In this document: in pieces, positions 48,981 to 57,454 of the stretch
Layout: each line of letters opens with the position of its first letter
Numbering within the stretch: the first letter of the stretch is position 1
NCBI GenBank assembly: GCA_043800255.1
Contig: JAZDNF010000013.1
Coordinates: 96,001 to 160,000 of the forward strand
Direction: 5' to 3'
DNA length: 64,000 nt
Source: Candidatus Altiarchaeota archaeon
Lineage (GTDB): Archaea > Altiarchaeota > Altiarchaeia > IMC4 > SCGC-AAA252-I15
Notes under the pieces: generated by a model
Seen by the model: only the letters and a program-made list of their open reading frames with translations
Told to the model about the DNA's origin: nothing
Databases searched by the model: none
Made by a program: the position numbers and the translations under genes

Positions 48981-50132
48981 CTAGGATCCTTTCAAAGTTT
49001 GATAAAGATATTCCCGATAGCGCTCACTAGTTGCCCATAACGATTTAGATTTATAGATTCTTTTGAACGCGTTTTTGGAGATAGGAAACTTAGAGGCTGG
49101 CACTTCTATATGCCCGCCACCTTTAGGTTCTGCATCTTCGCTATTATCATGGAAGAAATACAATTTGCATATTCTAGTAATCTGAGAGAGGTATTCTTCG
49201 ATTGTAGAGTAGTCCATTTCAGATAAACTACCGACATTTATAAACAAGTCTGCAGAATCTGGTGCAAGTCTAGGAAGCTGGAAATTAGGCATTAGAATGA
49301 TGTCATACTTGTCAAGGGTATTAAATGAGATGTCCATGCCTTCAGTTTCGCCAAACAAGAGAATCTTCTTTTCAGGGAAAGCATTCATCAAATAATACTG
49401 CGCAACTAAAAGAACTTCAGGTAAGTCGAAGTCGATATACTTACACGGTTTAACTGAGGATAACAGATAGTGTGCAAGACCCCCATAACCGCCACCAATT
49501 TCAGCAACAACTGGTCGTCTAACGTCAATAAGTAGGTTTTTGACGTGACTAGCATAATAATGATGCCGACAGGAATTTGATGTGATTAGATTGCCTTCGA
49601 TAATATACCCCCAGGGATTGCCTATAGGGGGGACAGATAGGTTACCGACATCGGCGTTATCAACAAAATCCTTCCATACCGTAAAATCCTGCAGAATGCA
49701 GTTAACGAATCTCCTCTTCCTGGAAGCGTTACCATCGATGATATCCTGATGATAGGCGTAGGATAATAGACCAGCAGCACCACTATTGCGAAAGAAATTC
49801 TTGAGCAGATTGCTCAGGGACGGAATATCGTTGTCAGCAAGGGCTTTTAAATAGTTTGCACGTCTTGTTTTTATGTCAATGTCCCACTCACCTCCGGGCT
49901 TATAAGCAGGGGGCACATTCTTTTGTTCTGCCTTCGCTTTATGGTAAGAAACAAGTATCCTGTTTACTATAGCCTCGTGATATTTGCTACTGATAGGGTT
50001 GGTAATGAGTGCCAATCCATTTTCAAGGAGGGAAAGGTCCGCTAGGGGGTTAGAGTCAAAACTCCTGCGAGTGTTCAAGTCCGAATAAACTTTTTTGATA
50101 GCTGAAAGTACCTTGTCGGTTGGGTTAGTCAT
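48981..50132 (-). CDS. Putative sugar O-methyltransferase
   Basis: GNP, EIGGGYGG, DLPE, SLSEM. Confidence 0.75.
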   Translation of the reverse strand: MTNPTDKVLSAIKKVYSDLNTRRSFDSNPLADLSLLENGLALITNPISSKYHEAIVNRILVSYHKAKAEQKNVPPAYKPGGEWDIDIKTRRANYLKALADNDIPSLSNLLKNFFRNSGAAGLLSYAYHQDIIDGNASRKRRFVNCILQDFTVWKDFVDNADVGNLSVPPIGNPWGYIIEGNLITSNSCRHHYYASHVKNLLIDVRRPVVAEIGGGYGGLAHYLLSSVKPCKYIDFDLPEVLLVAQYYLMNAFPEKKILLFGETEGMDISFNTLDKYDIILMPNFQLPRLAPDSADLFINVGSLSEMDYSTIEEYLSQITRICKLYFFHDNSEDAEPKGGGHIEVPASKFPISKNAFKRIYKSKSLWATSERYREYLYQTLKGS

Positions 50133-50541
50133 CGGGGATATCTATCTCCTCCATTAGTTCGATTAATCCGGTTTGTTTTTTATACAAAAAAACAATTTTT
50201 CTATTATTGAATGCTCTAGAGGGTAATAATTTTGTTGCAACTACAAACCCTTTTTCCCTTAAGGTTTTTAACGTCTTGTCAAAATTTTTTGCAGTGTATG
50301 CCATATGGTAGGGAATCGCATAATTATTTTTTAGAAATCGATTAACTGGATTATGCGGGTTGTCGGGCGTAATCAACTCGACTAACGGATGATCCGGCTT
50401 CCTTAAAACTGCAATTCTTATGTTTTGGTTTTCGTCTTTAGCGGTGTTAATAAGGGTGAATCCTAGAGACTCAAATGCTCCTATAGTTTCATCTAGATTC
50501 TCGGTTGCATAACCCAGGTGGTGGAACTTAAGTTCATTCAT
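50125..50541 (-). CDS. VOC family protein (methylmalonyl-CoA epimerase-like)
   Basis: FHHLGYA, ELI.P, YHMAY, GLIELME. Start re-assigned to ATG 50541. Confidence 0.82.
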   Translation of the reverse strand: MNELKFHHLGYATENLDETIGAFESLGFTLINTAKDENQNIRIAVLRKPDHPLVELITPDNPHNPVNRFLKNNYAIPYHMAYTAKNFDKTLKTLREKGFVVATKLLPSRAFNNRKIVFLYKKQTGLIELMEEIDIPDD

Positions 50542-50543
50542 CT

Positions 50544-51575
50544 TTATTTTGATTTGCCCTCTGCCAGCAGAATGGCATACTTTAAGGCATCGAAAAGACT
50601 GCCATAATCCGCAGTTCCTTTCCCGGCTTTGCCGAATGCCGTGCCGTGGTCCACGGAAGTACGGATAATGGGCAGGCCGAGAGTGATGTTGACCCCCTTC
50701 ATAACCCATGATCTGGAATCTTCGTTATATATGAAACCTAAGACTTTGGTTGGAATGTGTCCTTGGTCATGGTACATTGCTACAACAGCATCGTACATTC
50801 CCCCTTTCGCCTTTGAGAAAAGGGTGTCTGCGGGAACGGGTCCTTCTGCCTTAATTCCTAGCTTTTGAGCTTCTGTTACGGCGGGTGAGATTTCTTTTAT
50901 TTCCTCATCGCCGAATGCACCGCCCTCTCCACTGTGGGGATTCAAACCGGCCACGCCTATTTTCGGCTCTTTGATATTCAGTTGTTTGCATGTGCTATTC
51001 GCTAGTTTAATTACGTCGATTATTCGATCCTTTTTGATATATTTTGTTATTGCATCTAAAAGGGAGACATGCGTGGTAACGTGGAGAACCCTAAGGTTTC
51101 CGTGAGCCAGCATCATAGAGTATTTTTTTGTACCTGTTAAACCTGCTAACATTTCCGTATGTCCTGCGTATTTTTTTCCATAACCCCCTAGAACAAATGC
51201 TTCTTTGTTGATGGGATTAGTTACAATGGCATCAATTTTTTTTTCTAATGCCAGCTGAATCGCTTTTTCTATGTACTCCCCCGCAGCTTTACCGGCCTTT
51301 GATGAAATTTGACCAAAGGTGTAATCAGAGGGGGATATGTTGTCCAAATCGCACACGTAAACTCTGCCGGGTGAGATACGTTCATCCACATCGCGTATTT
51401 TCTCAAATTTAACGCTTGATTTTATTACATCAAAACCCTGCTGGACAACTTTCGCGTCACCAATGATTATGGGTGTGCACATTTTGGTGACATTCTCGTA
51501 AGTCAACATTTTAGCCGTTATTTCAGAACCAATCCCCGCGGGATCGCCAATCGTAATGCCGATCTTTGGTAGCAT
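50544..51575 (-). CDS. pdxA: PdxA-family NAD-dependent dehydrogenase/decarboxylase
   Basis: GDPAGIG, GHTE, GLNPHSGE, YHDQG, RTSVDHGTAF. Confidence 0.88.
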   Translation of the reverse strand: MLPKIGITIGDPAGIGSEITAKMLTYENVTKMCTPIIIGDAKVVQQGFDVIKSSVKFEKIRDVDERISPGRVYVCDLDNISPSDYTFGQISSKAGKAAGEYIEKAIQLALEKKIDAIVTNPINKEAFVLGGYGKKYAGHTEMLAGLTGTKKYSMMLAHGNLRVLHVTTHVSLLDAITKYIKKDRIIDVIKLANSTCKQLNIKEPKIGVAGLNPHSGEGGAFGDEEIKEISPAVTEAQKLGIKAEGPVPADTLFSKAKGGMYDAVVAMYHDQGHIPTKVLGFIYNEDSRSWVMKGVNITLGLPIIRTSVDHGTAFGKAGKGTADYGSLFDALKYAILLAEGKSK

Positions 51576-51578
51576 ACA

Positions 51579-52355
51579 TTACACCTCCTTGAGTAGATCA
51601 ACCAATTGACTATGGACACTGCCATTAGATGCAACGAGTTCCTTAGAATCCGTGGAAATGTTATCACCATTAAAATCAGTAACCATGCCACCCGCCTCCC
51701 TAACAAGCGTAACGCCGGCAGCAAAGTCGAAAATCTTTGTATTATTCCAGACTCTCGCATCGATTATTCCCGAGGCGATTAAACCAAAATCATAGACTGC
51801 GGAACCGAAAATCCTAGTAGTAAAACTATGATCAACTAATCTTTTGTATCTCTCAAACGAGTATTTACTCAGATAAAATTGATTATCGTAGGTAATCATG
51901 CTTTTCTCTAAAACTTTGTTATCAGAGACTGCTATGGGCTTTCCGTTCATAAATGCGCCGTTTCCCTTTACAGCATAGTACATCTCATCAAAATAGGGTA
52001 GGTGTATGACACCAAGGACGAACTCGTGTTTGCTCAATAATGCGATAGAGACGCCAAAATTTGGAACACCCGCAATAAAGTTATGGGTTCCGTCCACTGG
52101 ATCTACAACCCAGAAAAGATTACTGTCGATGTTTTCGCTTAATCTCTTCTCTTCTGACAGAACGGGATAAGGAAATTTTTCGGTTAATAGTCTATGGGAT
52201 AGGTTTTGACATTCGATATCCACATTTGAAACAAACTCTTTGGGGGTTTTTCTAATTACCTTTAGATCCTTTCTAAAATGACCTTGTTGGATTTCTCCAA
52301 CTCTGCGTGCTGTCGATTTTGCAACCTCGAGCTCTACTAAAAAATCACTTTTCAT
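51579..52355 (-). CDS. Inositol monophosphatase family protein
   Basis: SEE, WVVDPVDGTHNF, FDFAAG. Confidence 0.88.
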   Translation of the reverse strand: MKSDFLVELEVAKSTARRVGEIQQGHFRKDLKVIRKTPKEFVSNVDIECQNLSHRLLTEKFPYPVLSEEKRLSENIDSNLFWVVDPVDGTHNFIAGVPNFGVSIALLSKHEFVLGVIHLPYFDEMYYAVKGNGAFMNGKPIAVSDNKVLEKSMITYDNQFYLSKYSFERYKRLVDHSFTTRIFGSAVYDFGLIASGIIDARVWNNTKIFDFAAGVTLVREAGGMVTDFNGDNISTDSKELVASNGSVHSQLVDLLKEV

Positions 52356-53862
52356 TTGAAACCCCTCTCAGTTTTCTTCTTAGATTCTTTCCGGACGGGC
52401 CTTTAGGTATATTATCAACAAATTCGACTTTATCAGGTATCTTATCACGGGATATGTATTTTTTGCAGAAATTTATTATATCGGTGTCTCTGATATTCTT
52501 GTCTTCTTTCAGAACAATAAATGAAACAATTTTTTCACCTAGATATTCGTCAGGGACTCCGACAGTAGCTACTTCTTTTATTTCATCCATCTTAGATAAA
52601 ATTTCATCAATTTCGTCAGGAGAGATATTAACTCCCCCCTTTATTATCAAATCTTTTTTCCTTCCAGTGAAGAAAAAGGTATTATCCCTTGTTACATACC
52701 CCAGGTCACCAGTGTGGAAGTAGTTATCCTTTACGACTTTATTGTATAATCTCTCGTTATTGCGATAACCAATAAAAACATTCTCGCCTTTGATTACTAT
52801 CTCCCCGATTTCGCCTGGCCCGAGTATGTGGTTTTGTTCATCCATGATTTTTGCTTCATTAACGTCCAATGGCTTCCCGATACTCCCAGGTTTCCATCCT
52901 TCATCCAATGGATAATCAATGTGCGTAGGTCCAGTCTCGGACAGTCCATAGAGGTTGGCCACTCTGATGCCATATTTTTGCATGAATTTGACTTGTGTAT
53001 CTTTTGGCAGGGTGGCAGAACCGCATCCAATAAATCTTATTAGTCTAATATTTTCAAATTCATTTTTCTTGTAGGGTGTGTTTAAGAGCGCTACAAGAAT
53101 GGATGGAACCACTTCTACATAAGTAATATTCTGTTCTCTCATAATCTTCCAAAATTTTGCTCTTATTTTCCAAAAAGATTCAGTCAATACTAATGTTCCT
53201 CCACAGAGTGTACAGGGGAGAAACGAGTAATTAATAGACGCAGTATGGCCTAATGGCAGTATTATTAGATGGACCTCGTTTTCATCAAATCTAAATCCCC
53301 GGATGATAGATGAAATATTTTTTATGATGTTATTATGTGAAAAGACAACCCCTTTGGGATTTCCAGTTGTGCCAGAGGAATAATAGACACATGCTGGGGA
53401 ATCCTTCTTTGGGACGAAATCGATATAATTTTGCTTCGTTTTTTTTAGACTATCGATAAAATCTGTTTCAATTAAAAAGATGTCGGAGGGGGTGTTTGTT
53501 TTCAGATCTGGGTAGTGACTTTCTTGACAGAGGGTAATTCGTGGTTTCATGTTTTCTATGTATCGGGATATGTCTTTTCCATCTAGAGTATATGGATAGG
53601 GATTAAAGATGCAGCCAAGTCTAAGTGCGGAGAGGTACAGTAGGATATATTCTACACTGTTTTTGATAACCGCGGATATTATGTCGCCTTTTCTTAAACC
53701 GAGTGATTCATACAGAGAGCATACCCTATCCAGCAGATTGTTTATTTTTGAAAAACTATATTTCTCTTCATCCTGGATTAGAAATATTTTATCAGGATTT
53801 TTGTCTGCATAATATGCTATGGAGGAGCTGATGTTTGTGATATCCTCAAATTTCATTGCCAC
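52345..53862 (-). CDS. AMP-forming acyl-CoA/acyl-ACP ligase
   Basis: YSSGTTGNPKG, YGLSET, HTGDLG, PKGPSGK. Confidence 0.9.
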   Translation of the reverse strand: MAMKFEDITNISSSIAYYADKNPDKIFLIQDEEKYSFSKINNLLDRVCSLYESLGLRKGDIISAVIKNSVEYILLYLSALRLGCIFNPYPYTLDGKDISRYIENMKPRITLCQESHYPDLKTNTPSDIFLIETDFIDSLKKTKQNYIDFVPKKDSPACVYYSSGTTGNPKGVVFSHNNIIKNISSIIRGFRFDENEVHLIILPLGHTASINYSFLPCTLCGGTLVLTESFWKIRAKFWKIMREQNITYVEVVPSILVALLNTPYKKNEFENIRLIRFIGCGSATLPKDTQVKFMQKYGIRVANLYGLSETGPTHIDYPLDEGWKPGSIGKPLDVNEAKIMDEQNHILGPGEIGEIVIKGENVFIGYRNNERLYNKVVKDNYFHTGDLGYVTRDNTFFFTGRKKDLIIKGGVNISPDEIDEILSKMDEIKEVATVGVPDEYLGEKIVSFIVLKEDKNIRDTDIINFCKKYISRDKIPDKVEFVDNIPKGPSGKNLRRKLRGVSNEK

Positions 53863-54091
53863 TTTTTATCGCTTTTTTCTGTTCTAAAATCCTATAAACA
53901 TCTTTGATGGACATTATACTAAAAATTTCTTCCATTTCAAATATTACATTAAATTCTTTTTCTAAAGCATTGATTAATTTTAATTGACCGAGTGAGTCCC
54001 ATTTTTCTATGTCGTCTGACGTCATCTCCATATTTATACCGGCTATGTCTATCTCAAATACTGAGGCAATTATCTCTTTGACCTTTTTCAT
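53846..54091 (-). CDS. Acyl carrier protein
   Basis: 81 aa, acidic, WDSL phosphopantetheine site, LEKEF. Confidence 0.85.
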   Translation of the reverse strand: MKKVKEIIASVFEIDIAGINMEMTSDDIEKWDSLGQLKLINALEKEFNVIFEMEEIFSIMSIKDVYRILEQKKAIKSGNEI

Positions 54092-54156
54092 GATAATCGA
54101 TAATGGCGTACCTTGGAAATGTAAGTAAGGGATTATATTTTGTGGTTAATAAGGGA

Positions 54157-54570
54157 CTACATTGCCCTATTTCTTCTAAAGATAATAGCAACCGCAACAG
54201 CCAAATTAATGGAATGGGATAAGCTTATACGGATATCGAACTCGCCCGTATTATGGTTTAATAGTTTGCCTAAAGGGGTGCCCTTGTCGTCATTTATAAT
54301 CTCGACTTCGTTATAGGCTATTTTCTTGTTAAACGATGACAATGCTTTTACGACTGCTTCTTTTCCTGCAAATTTGGCGGCAAAATGTTGAGAGGGTTTT
54401 GATTTGCCCATACAATATTTGATTTCCTTTTCCGTAAATATTTTTTTTAGGAATGCATTATCTAGACTAGTATCTTCCTCGAACCTAGAGGTATCAACAC
54501 AGTCGATACCGATTTCCACATCAGTAATTCCTAATGCCCGGGAGGGGGGGGTCATATTTTCTTTTGACAT
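54157..54570 (-). CDS. acpS: Holo-ACP synthase (AcpS-type PPTase)
   Basis: IGIDCVD..RF, FTEKE, FAGKEAVVKA, ISLSHS. Confidence 0.88.
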   Translation of the reverse strand: MSKENMTPPSRALGITDVEIGIDCVDTSRFEEDTSLDNAFLKKIFTEKEIKYCMGKSKPSQHFAAKFAGKEAVVKALSSFNKKIAYNEVEIINDDKGTPLGKLLNHNTGEFDIRISLSHSINLAVAVAIIFRRNRAM

Positions 54571-55187
54571 GACGTTAACCTCTTTTTCAAGACTTGTTCC
54601 GCAAGCCAGAAGTCGAACTCATCATCGATTTCTATGTTTTGCTCTCGGTCTAGGATGACTCTTTCTATTTTCTTGCCGAACCGGTCCCCTTTGCGAATCA
54701 AATCCGCTTTTATGACGTAGACGTTACCATCATCATAAAAGAAACCTTTGATATCCTGCCTGCGGAGGTTATGTGACCCGTATTCTCTGTAGTTACACAT
54801 AAAACCAGTAGCGAGTGAATCGACACCAGAATCCAAGAATCTTTTGATACACGTATCAATTAGACCATTATTACGTATTGGTGACGTAGCCTGCAATAAA
54901 ACGACAACATCCGCATTTATCTTTTTTAGAACATCTTGTAGAACTGAGAGAGTTGTTGCCTCATCAGTGGCTAGTTTAGGCGGGCGCTGAACGACATCTG
55001 CACCATATTTTTTCGAAATCCTGGCAATCTCCTCATCTTCAGTCGAGACAACGTACTTGTCCAATAACTTCGATTCTTTTGCAGCCTCTATAGTCCATGC
55101 AATCAATGGTCTTCCGCATGAGAGTCTGATATTCTTTCTGGGAATACCCTTGCTCCCGCCGCGCGCGGGAGTAACGCCAAGTATCAT
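54552..55187 (-). CDS. neuA: Acylneuraminate cytidylyltransferase (NeuA/PseF family)
   Basis: PARGGSKGIPRKN, QATSPIR, EIDDEFDF. Confidence 0.88.
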   Translation of the reverse strand: MILGVTPARGGSKGIPRKNIRLSCGRPLIAWTIEAAKESKLLDKYVVSTEDEEIARISKKYGADVVQRPPKLATDEATTLSVLQDVLKKINADVVVLLQATSPIRNNGLIDTCIKRFLDSGVDSLATGFMCNYREYGSHNLRRQDIKGFFYDDGNVYVIKADLIRKGDRFGKKIERVILDREQNIEIDDEFDFWLAEQVLKKRLTSCQKKI

Positions 55188-55192
55188 AACAA

Positions 55193-56125
55193 TTAGATTA
55201 AACCCTGCTTACGAGCTATCTCCCGGCCCTCTTTTTTATACCAGTCTATGTACTTCTTCAAACCCTTCTCGAAAGTTATCTTTGGTTCCCAACCAATATC
55301 TTTTCTTGCCTTCTCGCTTACGACTTCCTTGCCGCTGAAATCGCCCTCCCTCGACCCCTCATATTTTATCTCAACGTTCCCAAGGATATCTTTCACAGTT
55401 TCCGCAATCTGCTTTATGGTAATCTTCTCCTTCCCGCTTAGATTGTATATCTGATTCTCTGCTATTTTTTTCATTGCAAGAACATTACCCTCAGCCAGAT
55501 CAGTAACATAGACGAATTGCCTGTACTGCATACCACCACCAAGTATGGTTATCGGTTCGCCCTTCAACGCTTTTTCAACAAAGATTTGGATGACCGTGCC
55601 CGGCCTAGCTCTCTCTCCATAGGGGATGCCATACCGCAGGATTGTATATGGAACGTGGTACAGCTCCTTATAGTTCTGGCAGTAGAACTCAGACGCGAGT
55701 TTGGTTGAAGTATAGAGATGAGTCGGCGCTAATGGGGGAGTTGTCTCATCAACAACCTCTTTTAATGTGTTGCTATAAACCCACTCAGTACTAGCGTATA
55801 TTATCCTCTTAGCGCCGGATTTTCGGATAGCCTCTAGCACATTTATTGTTCCGGTAGTATTCACGCTCTCGGCTAAAACCGGGTTCTTGAAAACATCATT
55901 AACATTGGCTATGGCCGCAATATGATAGACAAAATCAACATCCTTCATAGCCTTTGTTAAAGCGTCTAAGTCAAGTAGCGACCCCTTCGTGAATTCAACC
56001 TCCTTTTTACTGTGATACATTGGCTCATACAGATCATATACCCTGACGTCTAATTTTTCTTTTAATAACTTGTCAACAATAGTTGAACCAATAAAACCAG
56101 AACCACCGGTTACAAGAACTGCCAT
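55193..56125 (-). CDS. NAD-dependent sugar epimerase/dehydratase
   Basis: TGGSGFIG, ASTEWVY, YTSTK, RYGIPYG. Confidence 0.85.
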   Translation of the reverse strand: MAVLVTGGSGFIGSTIVDKLLKEKLDVRVYDLYEPMYHSKKEVEFTKGSLLDLDALTKAMKDVDFVYHIAAIANVNDVFKNPVLAESVNTTGTINVLEAIRKSGAKRIIYASTEWVYSNTLKEVVDETTPPLAPTHLYTSTKLASEFYCQNYKELYHVPYTILRYGIPYGERARPGTVIQIFVEKALKGEPITILGGGMQYRQFVYVTDLAEGNVLAMKKIAENQIYNLSGKEKITIKQIAETVKDILGNVEIKYEGSREGDFSGKEVVSEKARKDIGWEPKITFEKGLKKYIDWYKKEGREIARKQGLI

Positions 56126-56126
56126 C

Positions 56127-57245
56127 TTACAATACCTCCTTCAGAGAATCAACTACATAATTTGCATCATCCTTAGTCATTGTGGCATAAACTGGCAGGC
56201 AGATATGCCTCTTGCATAAATCCTCTGCAATTGGGAAGTCACCTTCCTTGTAACCGTGCGCGTCTTTGAATATCGGCTGTAAATGACATGGAAGTTCATA
56301 GACCTCACCACTCAGACTGACATCATACTTTTCCTTCAATTTCTTTTTCAACTCTGCCCTATCCACGCCGTCATCAAGAACTGCAATATACTTGTAATAG
56401 TTCGACTTGGAATTTTCTGGTATTTTTAGCACATTTATTTTATCAACTTCGTTAAGACGTTTATCATAAACTTTTGCAGCATTCCTTCTGTCCTTCAGGA
56501 ACCCCTCAAGCCTCGAAAACTGGGAAAGACCGATTACTGCATGAATCTCGCTCATCCTCCAGTTATAACCCAATTCAGTGTGAATATTGCCGAGAAAACC
56601 AGCCTTACCCTGGTCCCTGAAAACCCTAGCTCGCTTATCCATCTCCTCATCGTCTGTGACAATCATGCCCCCTTCGCCGCTGGTCATCACCTTTGTAGGA
56701 TAGAAAGAGAATGATGCTGCCTGCCCGAAAGTACCAGCCATTTTCCCATCTAGTGTGCTCCCATGCGCATGAGCAGCATCCTCGAATAGGAATACGTCGT
56801 TGTCTTCGCAAATCTTTTTAATCTCGCCTATTTTTGGCGTAACAAGCCCGCCAATGTGGACGATTATTACCCCTCCAGTCTTCTTTGTGATTTTTTCATT
56901 CAACTCATCAGGGTCTATGGAAAACGTTTCTGGGTCCATGTCTAGAAACTTTACCTTGCCGCCAGCATGCAAAACAGCCGCGGGTGTTGCAACAAAGGTA
57001 TTAGTTGGCACAAGGACTTCTTTATCCTTCACATCAAAAATCCGGAGGGGTATCTCAATTGAACTTGTTCCGCTATTGACAGCGGTCGCAAATTTTGTCC
57101 CAACATAGACCGCAAATTTTTCCTCGAATTCCTTGCCGTATTTGCCTAAAGTTAACCAACCAGTGCCTAAAATCCCATTAATCTTTTCGAGGATATCCTT
57201 CTTATCCTCCTCGGGGAAGTATATTTTAGCTGCAGGAATTTTCAT
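56127..57245 (-). CDS. DegT/DnrJ family sugar aminotransferase
   Basis: EDAAHAHG, FSFYPTKVMTSGEGG. Confidence 0.9.
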   Translation of the reverse strand: MKIPAAKIYFPEEDKKDILEKINGILGTGWLTLGKYGKEFEEKFAVYVGTKFATAVNSGTSSIEIPLRIFDVKDKEVLVPTNTFVATPAAVLHAGGKVKFLDMDPETFSIDPDELNEKITKKTGGVIIVHIGGLVTPKIGEIKKICEDNDVFLFEDAAHAHGSTLDGKMAGTFGQAASFSFYPTKVMTSGEGGMIVTDDEEMDKRARVFRDQGKAGFLGNIHTELGYNWRMSEIHAVIGLSQFSRLEGFLKDRRNAAKVYDKRLNEVDKINVLKIPENSKSNYYKYIAVLDDGVDRAELKKKLKEKYDVSLSGEVYELPCHLQPIFKDAHGYKEGDFPIAEDLCKRHICLPVYATMTKDDANYVVDSLKEVL

Positions 57246-57285
57246 GGTTCTTTAATATTTATCAAAATCATTATTAAAACCAGTA

Positions 57286-57430
57286 GTTTCGGACAGCTTT
57301 GCTCCTTAACTCCAAATAGGAGCGGCATAAAGGAGCATCTGAAACCATTTGGGAGCAGATGGGGGTAAAAAGGAGCAACCGCCGACAAAAAGGAGCAGAA
57401 CGCTATTTAGGAGCAAAGTCGTTTCGGACA
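57286..57430. repeat. MITE-like element with 10-bp direct repeats, terminal inverted repeats and 20-bp phased internal GGAGCA repeats
   Basis: GTTTCGGACA at 57286 and 57421; CTTTGCTCCT...AGGAGCAAAG just inside them; GGAGCA at 57332, 57352, 57372, 57392 and 57410. Confidence 0.6.
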
Positions 57431-57454
57431 TTCTGGCATTGTGGTACACTATTT

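Noticed and set aside
50125-50709. 194-aa version of the VOC ORF
   Set aside because: The first 56 codons overlap pdxA in another frame; the domain starts at ATG 50541
50544-51575. pdxA as vitamin B6 biosynthesis
   Set aside because: No pdxJ nearby and the gene is embedded in the ACP/nonulosonate operon; a moonlighting role cannot be excluded
47200-57245. Aminoglycoside/aminocyclitol antibiotic cluster (IMPase, aminotransferase, BtrN-like rSAM, PIG-L, ACP)
   Set aside because: No cyclitol synthase or resistance gene is present; the genes are interleaved with NeuA/NeuB/PseG and lie upstream of a flippase, so a surface glycan is more parsimonious
57328-57415. Mini CRISPR array
   Set aside because: Repeats of 6-10 bp with a 20-bp period are far too short, and no cas genes are present
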